A stretch of 39,659 nt of DNA from Chiloscyllium plagiosum (Eukaryota): the NCBI RefSeq assembly GCF_004010195.1, contig NC_057719.1:86890730-86930388 (forward strand), read 5' to 3'. A program made the position numbers and the translations under genes. The notes under the pieces were generated by a model. It had not been told where the DNA came from, made no database searches, and saw only the letters and a list, made by a program, of their open reading frames with translations. Shown here piece after piece: positions 24,001-35,511 of the stretch (position 1 is its first letter; each line of letters begins with the position of its first letter).

Positions 24001-26919
24001 ACATGACCTCATCAATAAACACCCCGTTGTATCAGAGAGACACCAGACCTCGTGTCTGCACTCTCACTTGAAGCTCTGGCACCTAACAGATTACATCATT
24101 GTTCAAGTGAGAGTCAAAGATGTCCACATCATCCATGCTACAAGTGGACTGACAACTGCTGGACTGATTACCGACTAATCCATTCTACCATCTCCAATAA
24201 TTTGTCTCCAAATCAGCAGAAAAACTCTATCACTGGAGTCTCAATGTTGCTGGAATCAAAAGTTTCTGGGAAGACATACCGACTCAGGCAATGCGTCACA
24301 GCCAATCTTGTGACAAAGAGCCACAGAATGCCCAAACTTCCTGGTCTACCTTAAAAGCCATCATAATTAACACCTATACTGAGACACTATATCCCTCAAC
24401 CAGGAAACATCAAGACTGATTCAGAAGAGATGATTGATCTCCTCGACCACACTGCAAATGTTCCTGAAACGGCAGCTACACCAAAACTCAAGTTAGAGGA
24501 AACATGTCCACAGGCAATTGAAGGCTCAGATGCAAATAAAAAACAAAAAGCCTGTAATCTAAAGAACATGGGTGGAAAGAACTCAGGAGAATCAGCAACT
24601 TGCTGACAACCAGGTATGTGTATGGCTTCTTCAACACAATCAAAGCCATCTATAATCTCAGTACTAAGGGACCTTCCCCACTGAGAGCCAAAAACAGAGA
24701 GCTACTCAAAGACTAATAGGCAGTCAATGCCTGCTGGAGAGAGTGCTTAAAGAACCTCAAGCAGTATGCAGTCTTTTATCTAAGTGTTCTCAACACCATC
24801 CAATAACACACTAGCCCTTCTCATTTCAGCACAACTCCAAACTGCTGTGAGGTCAAAAAACCAACGAGCACAAAAAACAAGGCCATCGGTGCAGATGGAA
24901 TCCCCAATGAAATACTATAATACGCTGACAGCACTTGACACAAATCCACAAGCTCACTGCCCTCATCTCGAACTAAGACAGCATGGCAAGAAATCAGAGA
25001 TGCCCTAATTTGTGACCAACGTCTAGAAAGGAGACAGGTCCATTACAAAGAAATTTCCCGACAGTCCACACCCTGGGAAAGGCTCTTCTGAATATCTTCC
25101 TCAATCATCTCCCAGTGGCTGAATAGTCTCAGTGCAGTTTTTGCCCATCATGTGTATGATTATTGTACATTAAAAATTCAAGAAAAGTGCAGGTTACAGC
25201 ACCAAGCTCTGTATGTAGCCTTTTTCAATCTCACAAAGGCCTTTGACTCAGTCAACCATGAGGGATTGTAGAATATCCTCATGACACTTGGCTGTCACCA
25301 TTAGTCATCTGCTCATGATGACATACAAGCCACGATCCTCACCAACACTTTCGCCACAGACCAACAGGAGTGCAAACAGGGCTGCGTCATTGTACCAATG
25401 CTCTTCTCTATTTTCCTCAATTCAATACTGCCTCTTCTCCATGAAGTTACCTGCCCAGAATGAGGCTTATCCAAGGATGAGCAGGAAATTATTCAACCTT
25501 CAAAACCTCTAGTATAGAACCAAGACCACTCAAATGTATGTCACTGAGCCACAGCACACAGATGATGCCTGGGTACGTGCATGGAGGCCAAGCTACAAAC
25601 CATCACTGACACGTTCTGAGGTATATGAGAACACAGACCTCAGCCCAAACATCCAGAAAAAAAGTGACTTTATACCAGCCTGCTTCTGCCATACAATGCT
25701 GCATCCTGACCATCAGTATCCGTGACAAAGGCCTGGACAACATGGACCATTCCCCATGACTCTGGTGCCTTCTCCCACAGCAAGCAGAGATTGATGATGA
25801 AATCCAACACTGACTGAGGAACAATGTTCAAAATGTGAGACTTCAAACCCAACACCAAGCTCATGATCTGAAGAATTGTGGTCCCGACCTTCTATATGCA
25901 TCAAAAACATGAACCATGGGCCATGCACAGCATCCACTTCCAGGTCAATATACCCAGAATTGAGGCAGTGGCCACATAACTAACTACAATGGGCAGGAGA
26001 CATTGTCTGCCTGCCTAATGCAAGGCACCCTAAACTAGTGCTAGTCTGAGTTCCGCAATGTTAAGCGATCGCTAGAAGGGCAAAGAAAATGCTATGAAGA
26101 CACACAAAGTCTCCCTACACATATGCAGGAAATCCCACTAACATATGTTAATAGCTTGCTGGGAACGCACAAACTGGAAAAGAAACATCCACAAAAAAAA
26201 GGTACAAACCACTGAGTATCACTAAGTGAAGCACGTGAGGACTAAACATAAGCAATGGAAAGAGACTGTCCCACCCATTCGTCTCAAATATCATCTGCCA
26301 CACCAATGGCAGAGTCTGTAGTTCCAGGACTGGATCAGAGGAATCCATCGCCCCAAAATGGAAACAAATCATCCTCCACAGAACTGCCAAGGAGCGAAAA
26401 AAAAAAAACAGGCTTTGGATGCAGTTCAAAAGAGATTCACAGGAGTAATTTCTGGGAAGGGATTTGATTTATTAACAACAGCAAACAGGTTATTATTCTT
26501 TAGAAGTTAGAAGGATGAGTAATTTTATTGAAAACATTCAAGATTCTGAAGGGGCTTGACATGATGGATATTGAGATGTTTTCACTAAGGAGGGAATTTC
26601 AAACATGGGACCTAATTACGCAAGAAGCGATACTTATTTAAAGAGGCGAGATATGAAGGTACTTCTTCTCCAAGAAGATGGTCAATGCCTTGAATTGTCT
26701 ACCCCAAAGTTGTGGAAACTGTATCACTGAAAATATTGAAAAAGGAAATAGGTATCTTTTTAAAACATCAGTGAATTGCAGGCTGAGGGTACCTGGTACC
26801 AAAGAGGAGTTAATGCCTGAGGCAAATCAGCTATGACTTAAGTGATGGCAGGGCAGACTGGAGGCCAAATGGCCTACTCCTGCTCCTGTTTCATATGGTC
26901 TTCAGTTACGTTGGCTCGT

Positions 26920-28230
26920 GTTACAAAGAGTTTGGAATATAAGAGTAAAGAGTTCTTACTACAATTATACAGGGCATCGAGAAGCTGGATCTAGAGTACT
27001 GCAAGTAGTTTTGGTCTCCTTAACCAAAGGATACATGCCCCAAAAGAGACTAAATATTTATCGATTGGTTGCTGGGATGAGGTTTTTCTTCCTAACTCAT
27101 GAAATGCAAGCAATGATAGCTGGCCAGCATTTATTCCCCATTCCTTGTTGCCCTTCACAAGGTAGTAGTGAGCTGCCTTCTTGAACTGCTGCAGTCCCGA
27201 TGTGCTGTATATTGGCATATAATGTTGTTAGTGAGGAAATTCCAGGATTCTGACCCAGCAACTCAAGGAACCGCAAAATATTTACAAATAAAGATGGTGA
27301 GTGACTTGGAGTGGAATTTGCAGGTGATAGTGTTCCCATGTATCTGCTGTCCTTGTCCTTCTACATGCAAGTGGAAGGTGCTGTCGAAAGATCTTGGATA
27401 AAGTTTCTGCAGTACAGCTTTAAGATAGTACACACTGCTGCGACTGAGCATTAGTCAGAGGGAATGGATGCTTGTGGATGTGGTGCCAGTCAAACAGGCT
27501 GCTTTGTCTTGAACGTGGTCATGCGTCTTGAGTGCTGCTGATGCTGCACCTATCCAGGCTACTGGGGAGTACTCTATTACATGCCTGACTTGTGTCTTAT
27601 AGATGATGGACAGGCTGTGGGGAATGAGGAAGTGAGTTACAGTATTCTTAGCCTCTGGCATGGTCTTGTATTTATATCGTAAGTCCAGTTGGCTCCCTGG
27701 TCAATGGTAATACCCAGGATGTTGGTAGTGGGAAAAAATTAGTGATGGCAATGTCATTGGATGTCAAGGGGCAGTAGGTGCATTGTGTCTATTGGAAGTA
27801 GTCACTGCCTGAAATTTGTCTGGTGTGAAAGTTACCTGCTACTTTCAATGAGACGGAGTACACTAGGCCTACATTCCCTGGAGTTTAGAAGAATGAGAGA
27901 TGATATGATTGAAATATAAAAAATTCTTAAGAGGCTTGACAGGAGACATACTGGGAAAATACATTCCTTGACTGGGAACCTAGATGAATCACAGCCTTAG
28001 AATAAAATATCAGGCATTTAGAACAGAGATTATGAGAAATCTCTTCACTCAAGAGTTATGCGACTTTGGAATTCTCTATTACAAAGAAATGTGGATATTA
28101 GTTGTTAATTATATATATGATTAAAATTGATAGTTTTTAGATATGGAGTAATTAAGGGCAATAGGGATAGTGAAAGAAGCTGAAGTTCACATAAAAGATC
28201 AGTCTTGTTGACCAAGCGGACCAAACAGCC
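26920..28230 (+). mobile_element. CR1 3' fragment split by insertion 27085-27845
   Basis: CR1 RT C-terminal remnants left (ctagagtactgc...ttttggtctcctt) and right (ccctggagtttagaagaatgagagatga). Confidence 0.65.
27085..27845 (-). mobile_element. Second LINE family (CR1/jockey group) 3' end
   Basis: ORF 27455..27661 SLSIIYKTQVRHVIEYSPVAW...QDKAACL; tail GAAGGCAGCTCACTACTACC...ATAAATGCTGGCC; related pieces at about 6630-6775 and 9455-9550. Confidence 0.75.
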
Positions 28231-28385
28231 CACTTAATCATCTATTTATCAGCAGCTTTGGTCCTTCCTTCAGCTTTTTCAACAACAAAAAAACTCAAAA
28301 CAGATTGCACTGAGTTGAGCATACAGACCTATCTTCTCAAGAGGCTCGTTATTGTTCTCAAATCAATGACAAAGCTCACCCTCAC

Positions 28386-28466
28386 CTGTGTATCAAAGAC
28401 ATTGGTGAGATCCACTCTATATTGATGATACAGGCAGTCTGATACCAAGCGACAGTCATGGATCAC
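28386..28466 (-). CDS. EXD1: EXD1 coding exon: VIHDCRLVSDCLYHQYRVDLTNVFDTQ (ExoII region)
   Basis: Acceptor ttcattcag|GTG, donor CAG|gtgag; 81 nt, phase 0-0; translated by hand. Confidence 0.95.
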
Positions 28467-29889
28467 CTGAATGAATTACAAAACAAATACTGGCAAATTA
28501 ATCCAAAGCCCTGCGGAATGCACAGGGAAAGCAACCTGCTGATAAAGACATGCAGCAATTTCGTTCCACCATGAGCCGAGTTACTGAATAAGCCTGTGCA
28601 ATGACATTTGGTGGTCTACACAGAATTTATGTCATAATCCCAAAACAGATCAATGGGACTCCTTCTGCTTAGACAGTAGTTATCATTAATATTTTCCCCC
28701 TCAACAATTTAATAGGTAAAGGCAGTGTAGATTAAAACAAAATCTTTAAAAAGGACTTCAAATGTGGAAACTTGTCCCAAGGTTCTTCACAAGTGATGCT
28801 CAGCCAAAGTACAGTGATCAAAAGCATGGTTAAAGAGTTGATTTTAAAAAAAAAGGCCTTGCAGCAGACAGGCTGATGTTGAGGCAGGGAGTTCCAAAGT
28901 GAGGGGCTCACAGTTGAAAGTGACTAGCAATTCTAGGTGACATAAAATCCAGCCAGAGGAAAGTCTGTGTTAGTAATGGACAAAGTTAATGAAGTAAAGA
29001 GGGCATGAAAGTAATTAAATAAAAGGTGATTTTAAACAATTACAGCATGATCAGACAAAGTCAACATGGTTTACCAAAACAGAACTCATTTTGACAAATT
29101 TATTCGAGTTGTCAGAAGTTGTAACTGCTCAGGTAGATGCGAATGAGTAGGTATACTATATTGCTTTTTTTTGTCCCATGGGATATGGGTGTTACTAGCA
29201 AGCCTAGTATTTGTCACCTGTCAGTTATTGCCTTTGAACAGCTTACCCATTGGCATTTTAGAATCAGCAACATTGCTGTGGATCTGGAGTCAGCTGCAGG
29301 CCAGACCAGGTAAGGACAGAAGATTTCCCGAAAGGACATTTGCGAATCAGATGAGTTTATGTTGACAACTGATAATAGTTTTTCCGGGGTAACCATTACT
29401 GGGGGGTAGAAAGTGTTTGTTGGAATTTTTAAGCAATTCGGAACTCACCAGCTATTGTGGGTTTAAACTATTGGCCCCTGGATTAATAATCTAGGATGAT
29501 GTCACTATTTGTTCCTTATATTTTCAAGGGTCATTTGATAAGGTGCCATTCAAAATCTTAATCTTTAAAATGGCTCATTCCTGTTCCTTCAAGATGAAAT
29601 ATATCATTTACTGCAAAGCTCTACACTGTGGGTGCATGGGATAGGATTACATCCCTGACTCTCTCAAAGCCATCTCCCAGCATGACTGGATCATTAGCAT
29701 GGGAATATGCTTAGCGAAGTAACATTTATGTATTGTTCCAGATGCATAGGCTTTCCACATCAAAACTATTGACTAGCAGAGAGCAGATAATTTTCCTACT
29801 CTCCAAGGTCATAATGCTGTATAGCATGGCAGAGTAAGCAAAACGTATCCCCTGGTAGTAGTGCTGACACGACAGATATAGGAACTTAC

Positions 29890-29994
29890 TTTCAGTATAT
29901 CAGAGTCCTCTAAAATCATTTTCAGTCCATTCTTAAATGCCACTGGTCCCAGAAGGAAGATATCAAACAAATAAATTTGATTCACTGTTGCTAT
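29890..29994 (-). CDS. EXD1: EXD1 coding exon: IATVNQIYLFDIFLLGPVAFKNGLKMILEDSDILK
   Basis: Acceptor ttgctttctag|ATA, donor AAA|gtaagt; 105 nt, phase 0-0; not in the ORF track, translated by hand. Confidence 0.95.
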
Positions 29995-30656
29995 CTAGAA
30001 AGCAAGAATGAAAAAAACAAAATGAAATTAGCGAGGTGAGAACATGGGGTAAAATCTATGGCCCAGTAAAGATACAGGCTAGGGTTCAAAAACAATTACT
30101 TCGCAAGCAAGAATTGAAGTTCAAAATTAATAAAATAGTTCGAGGGTTGCACAGCTTTTTCAGAGTTTTACTGTTGTTTTGTATCAAGTAAGGTCACCCC
30201 CACTCACCCAAATTAATTACTGACTTTATTTTGCTTTCTGACTTCAAGAGGAGCTTCTGGCAACATTGTTGCTCCATCATGAAGACCACCTACTTCCACA
30301 ATCAAAAAATTCCTCATCTCCTTCCTTCTCTAATCTTCCACTTTGGTCCCTCACCCTTGGCTTGGTTTTCTGTGGATGCAAATCAATCTCAAGCTCTCCT
30401 GGCCGGCACCCATCTTGCATTCTCTTTAAATTTGAGTTAATCCAAGCTTCTGCTGCCAACAGCTGGGGAAAGTGCTACAGTATCAGAGAGTTATCAAGGT
30501 AGAAATAACTCCTTAGCCTATCGGCTGTGTTAAGCATAAACTGCATTTCACTGAGATCCTGCAGCAGCTTAACCCTTGTGTCTGAAAATAAGTACATATG
30601 CATAAAAAAACTGTTAGCTGATCAGTAGAGATGTAGTTGTCCTTTTTATTGAACTG

Positions 30657-30835
30657 AAAATGTGTTGCTGGAAAAGCGCAGCAGGTCAGGCAGTATCCAA
30701 GGAGCAGGAGAATCGATGTTTCGGACATGAGCCCTTCTTCAGGAATTCCTGCTCCTTGGATGCTGCCTGACCTGCTGCGCTTTTCCAGCAACACATTTTC
30801 AGCTCTGATCTCCAGCATCAGTAGTCCTCACTTTC
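30657..30835. mobile_element. Palindromic Penelope-derived element in an EXD1 intron
   Basis: 56-bp inverted arms 30654-30709 and 30747-30802 (1 mismatch); perfect 17-bp TSD TCCTTTTTATTGAACTG at 30640-30656 and 30836-30852. Confidence 0.85.
30710..30746 (-). ncRNA. Minimal type I hammerhead ribozyme motif, sense to EXD1
   Basis: AUUC-CUGAAGA-A-GGGC(UCAU)GUCC-GAAA-CA-UC-GAUUC; all core nucleotides present. Confidence 0.6.
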
Positions 30836-31071
30836 TCCTTTTTATTGAACTGCCTACTTTAAATCTCAACAATGGAAAATATGCTTATATCGTTTGCCTT
30901 TCCAGCTTTGTCTACATGAAAAATTTAGTCAATGATCTTTTTTCAGACAGATATTTGGGAATAACAGCCAGCATGGAATCTTATCGTATAGTTACTTAAT
31001 AAAGGTTACAAAATAATAATCTTCTGGATTTCAGCACCAGCTACCCAACACTGACAAGGCTAGAACAGTAC

Positions 31072-31158
31072 CTGTATCAAGCACAGCTTCCCAAAGCGGC
31101 AGATATCAATACCTTCCACTGCCACTCCAATTGCACTTTGCTTTTTAATGTGAAAGAT
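31072..31158 (-). CDS. EXD1: EXD1 coding exon: IFHIKKQSAIGVAVEGIDICRFGKLCLIQ (ExoI region)
   Basis: Acceptor ttccttgcag|ATC, donor CAG|gtactg; 87 nt, phase 0-0. Confidence 0.95.
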
Positions 31159-31744
31159 CTGCAAGGAATCAGACAAAAAGTTAGAATTCATTAGATACTG
31201 ACATCCAATTTGTTTCCTCGTTGTACTCACAGCGACATCCATCCCTCTGCAGTCAGATTACAAATTCATAAGAAGCTGTGATTTTAAGCGTTGAAGCTTA
31301 TTATGGATCCATCCACTAGGAGTGGGAGATTGACAGAAAAACGTGGCTAAGACCCTCTCAGAGACTTCTTCCACAGGATGCAGAGTCTGGCAGCTCACGG
31401 GCAATGAAGAGCAATGTAGCACGGTGAATTACCCACCAACTCGCCCCACTTGAGTTGAGAGGGGAGACACTTAATATGTGCACAGCACTGCTACAATGGG
31501 AACCAGGATTTACTTGTTTACAGGAGTATTTGTTGAAATAATTCTTCCAGATCCTTCTATTGTCTTAATAATAATGTTCATGTCCAGATTTCACAAACAC
31601 TGGATGGGCAAAGTGTAATAATGGAATTGGAAACATTCAAAAGTACATGTGAAAACTCAACCCAGATTCATCAAGTGGTCTGACAGCTTCCCCTGCTGGC
31701 AGAATGAGACTCTGCCATCAGAGCACATAAAAATCATTTCCACT

Positions 31745-32390
31745 TAAACTGCCCTCCAACATAGTAAGATAACCCAAGGCACTTTTCTCAGAATGTCAGC
31801 AAACAAACTTTGACATCAGTCCACATAAGGAGATGTGAGAACAGGTGAGTTGAGTTTTAAGCAGTGTTTTGAAGTAAAAGAAAATAAGACAGATTTGCGA
31901 TGGGAGTTCCAGACTCTGGTGCCTTGGCAATTAAAGGCATGTCTGCCAAAAGGTGGAATGCTGAAAGGATGTATGGAACAGATCAGAATTGGGGCAGTGC
32001 ACTCATAAGAGTGAATGAGGCCTGAGGCCACAAGGGAATTGAAAGCAGGATTAAATTTTTTTTGCCAAATAGTTATCTTTCAACTTGGAGTTAATATGTT
32101 GCAAGCACAGAGGTTATGAGTTACAAGACTTAGTTAGACTTAGGGCATTGGCAGGAGAATTTTGGATGAACTCAAATTTAAGGGGAATGTAATATGGGAG
32201 TTGGCAAGGAGACCTTGAGAATAATTTGAGTCCAGAGATGACAAAGCAAAAGCAAAAGTCCTGGCAGATGAATGAGACAAGGGAGGAGATGAAGCATGCT
32301 TTTGAACATGGAATAAAGTAGTCTTCAGGATGGATCAGAAACATTGCAGGAGCTCTTCTTGGGGTCAAAAAGCAAGATCAATACAACAAC
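31745..32390 (-). mobile_element. L2-like LINE 3' fragment (a similar piece lies at about 28750-29020)
   Basis: cccaaggcacttt...aaactttgacatcagtccacataaggagat...gagttccagactctggtgccttggca resembles the reverse-complement L2 3' end as recalled. Confidence 0.5.
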
Positions 32391-35083
32391 CAGGAACAGA
32401 GACTGATTGTTAATGTTTAAGAAGCTTTAGACAAATACACAAACAGACAAGGAATAATCCATGAAGTTACATTGAGGCACAGGTCAGTAACTGGTTGAAA
32501 AGTAAAAGACAGCCTATAAAGATAAGTGTTTATTTTTCAACTCATGGGATGTGACCAGTGATGTTCTCCAGAAACTGCAATGCGCCCCAGTTTTTCATCA
32601 TGTATCAATGATGAAAAATAATTAAAATAAATTCATCCAAGTTTGATGGCACTGAGTTTGGGCGCACAGCAAGTTGCAACAATAGGACCAGGAGGCTACA
32701 ACAGACAGACAGTTTAACTAAGTGCTCAAAATTACAATGGGTGGAGCTCAATGAAATTTTACACTTTGATTTAAGAGTGAAACAAAATCATTTTTACCCC
32801 TTTTTAAATGGTGTTGCTGTCTACAAGTCATTGAAAGATAATGAACAGTTACAAAAGGTAATGACAAAAGTGAATAAAATGTTATTCTTGATTTCAAAGG
32901 TTTTGCAATTCAAAAGGCAGGCAACACTTGATAGCAAATGAGTAGCCCTTGTAGCTCTCAAGGTGGTGTTCAGCATGGAGGTGCATTGTTACATCAGACA
33001 AGAGGTTTTGGGTGTGGGTTTACATGTGTACAGGATGTTTGGGGTGCATGTCTGGGGAAGGTATGCACATTTGTGTGGGGGAGGGGAGGTTTGAAAGTTT
33101 ATGAGTGGTGCCTATGGAGGGCGCGTAGGGTTCCAATTGCCGAAAGGAGGCCTTTGCCAAGTTTGCTATTGCTTCCTGTGCCTAGGTTGAGTACTGGTGT
33201 TCCACCCAGTTCCATTCCATTAAAACTTTAAAATAATTTGTTAGAAGTGAATGGCTTGCTCAGCCATTGCAGAGGACACTTGAGAGTCAACCAAGGTTAC
33301 TATAGATATTCCAACATAGGCCAGATGAGGTAAGGAATGGGACATTTCTTTCCCGAAATGGACACGAGCAAATGAAATGGATTTTGATGGAAATTGACAA
33401 TGATTTCACTATCACCAGACTTTTAATTCCAGATAACATCTGGAAGATTATGCCACCATGGCATCTGGAATTAAAACCCAGATCCCCAGAGTATTCCCTA
33501 ATCTCGAATTTACAGCTCAGTGACAACACGTCTTATGCCATTACCTCCCCATAGATCAGTGACGAGCAACAGTCAACTGCCCACCATTTACTTGCTTTTT
33601 ATTATAAAAATATTATAATCTTCCACATTTCTCCCTTCCTCTATTATTAGGATAGGTTCAAAGGAATGATTCTTCCCTTCCAAACGATCATCTGGCGTTT
33701 GTCTCAGTATCACATTTAGCCTGGGAAATGATCAGCTGCAGAGAAGCATAACAGATCAAGTCTGCTCAACCTTGCCCATAAGAAATAATATCTATGTTTT
33801 GGATTGATATATTGGTGGCAGAATTGTTGAAACATGCTCCACCATGATGTTCGTCAGACAAACAGCCTTCCAGCAATCATCTATTACCAACAGGTTATTG
33901 TATGGAGAAATGAGAGGACATTTACTTTGGTAATTAGAACACAAAATCAAATCACTTTAAAAATTAAAATAATTAAATCCAAATTAAGGAAGATTAATTT
34001 TTTTCATTTAAATTTTTTTAAATTACAAGACTTAAACTTACAAATCTTGATTGTGTATGGGGAACAAAGTTAGCATTAAGCAAGCAATTAGGAAAGCAAA
34101 ATTGCACGATGGCCTTTTTTGTAAGGAGATTGGAGTACGAGAATAAAGATGTCTTGCTAGAATTGTGTGGAATTTTGAGACGACCATACCTGAAGTTTGA
34201 AAGAATGAGAGATGATCCATTTGAAACAAGATATTAAAAAAGACTCTGCAGGGCTAGCACAGCAGTTTTCTTCTTTGGTTGAGAATCGAGGACATTGTGA
34301 TACACATACCTCATTTAGGAATGAAATGAGGAGAAAATTCTTCACTCAATTGGATTCTGATCTCTCAGAAAATCTAGGGAGTTGGGGAGAATGTGGCTAG
34401 TCCAATGAGGCTAAAGATAAGCAAACTGATGGCTGAGCAGCCTCAAAGAGCTTCACGGCATACATTTATTTTTCTTCTGAAGTATGGGCAAAGAGAATTG
34501 AAGTAAACCTTTCTGCCAGACATACAATTTAAGTATAATGGGTTAAATATACAAATAAAGGTTAAGAGAACAAAGGAAATCAAAAGAATTGAAACGTGAA
34601 ACAACATTTTCTTTTACTACAGAAGTGGCAAGTACGCCAAACAGATTTTCAACATGGGTGGCGCAAAAAACCATCCTTATCTGTTGCAAGAAAGAACTAG
34701 ACAAGGTCAGGAAGTGGGATATAGAGTTATGAGAAATTCTAAAGGGAAAACTGTAGATACCCGAGAAAGTTGAACCAAGTCTTATCCTGTCTGAAACTGG
34801 TCAAATGTTGGGTGTTAAGAGCCGATCCCTTATGTGTGTTGGATCATGTGATCTTAATAGAGCAAGCATTGGTCCTGTGAAGGAAAAAAGCCAGAATTAT
34901 TGTGATTTCAATATTGTCACTTTTGCTGGGAAATGTACAGATAAGTACTAAGTAAGTGATAGATATCTTCACAAAAAGCTTCCCAAATGCTGACTATTCA
35001 GGACAGAAATAAGCAAATAGTCATCTGGATAAAAAGTCCGAAGATTTGAGGATCTTCAGTGGGATTTATTCAGAGTGAATGCG

Positions 35084-35222
35084 AAATCGACGTTTCGGGA
35101 AGGCCTTTTGTCCGAAATGTCGATTTTGCTGCTCCTTGGATGCTGCCTGAACTGCTGTGCTCTTCCAGCACCACTAATCCAGAATCTGGTTTCCAGCATC
35201 TGCAGTCATTGTTTTTACCACC
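35084..35222. mobile_element. Penelope-derived short element (variant subfamily) in an EXD1 intron
   Basis: Short inverted repeat AAATCGACGTTTCGG...CCGAAATGTCGATTT plus family arm; 19-bp TSD TTTATTCAGAGTGA(A/G)TGCG at 35065-35083 and 35223-35241. Confidence 0.8.
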
Positions 35223-35446
35223 TTTATTCAGAGTGAGTGCGTGCTCCAGGACATAAGAAAACTTAATTATAAATTCTTTCAATTATAGTAAAAAAAAAGG
35301 GCAGATCACTATTAATTTAGAGAGAGCTGGTCTGGAAAATTACTGACCTTTCCTGTTCCACGAAACAGACAATATCCTATGAAACTGAATATATGATCAG
35401 TGTTTTCAGAGGGAAAAGGCAACAATACTGTAATTAGTGAACTTAC

Positions 35447-35511
35447 AGCAGGACCAAACTTTTGATGAAATTGGTCGATGACTATATATTTCAGACTTTC
35501 ATCCTCCAACT
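35447..35511 (-). CDS. EXD1: EXD1 coding exon: (E)LEDESLKYIVIDQFHQKFGPA
   Basis: Acceptor ttctttcag|AG, donor GCT|gtaagt; 65 nt, phase 1 to phase 0; resembles mammalian EEEVTYTVINQFQQKFGAA. Confidence 0.9.

Larger units (their letters stand above)
22400..26408 (+). mobile_element. Near full-length decayed RTE-clade LINE
   Basis: Endonuclease start near 22838 (LMDNPN...TLSQTRLAGE...FWKGKP); RT KIQEKCR..HQALYVAFFNLTKAFDSVNHEGL (about 25172-25270), KQGCVI.P.LF, HTDD; LQWAG..V..P..R.PK near 25985; A-rich tail near 26397-26408. Confidence 0.85.
22240..26900 (+). mobile_element. CR1 3' fragment split by a 4-kb RTE insertion (pieces about 22240-22400 and 26410-26900)
   Basis: Left piece ends ...tacactggc and right piece resumes ggctttggatgcagttcaaaagagattcac (ALDAVQKRFT), the contiguous CR1 RT C-terminus. 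Confidence 0.7.
11148..35511 (-). other. EXD1: EXD1 gene, 3' portion (7 coding exons; 5' exons not found in window)
   Basis: Seven minus-strand exons with canonical AG/GT ends splice in frame (65+87+105+81+144+192+318 = 992 nt). Peptide motifs match vertebrate EXD1 as recalled: IDQFHQKFG, HIKKQ..VAVEG..CRFGKLC, YLFDIFLLG, VIHDCR..SDCL.HQY, VFDTQVADVLQFS.ETGG.LP, ENP.VW..RP, MELP.EL. Confidence 0.95.
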
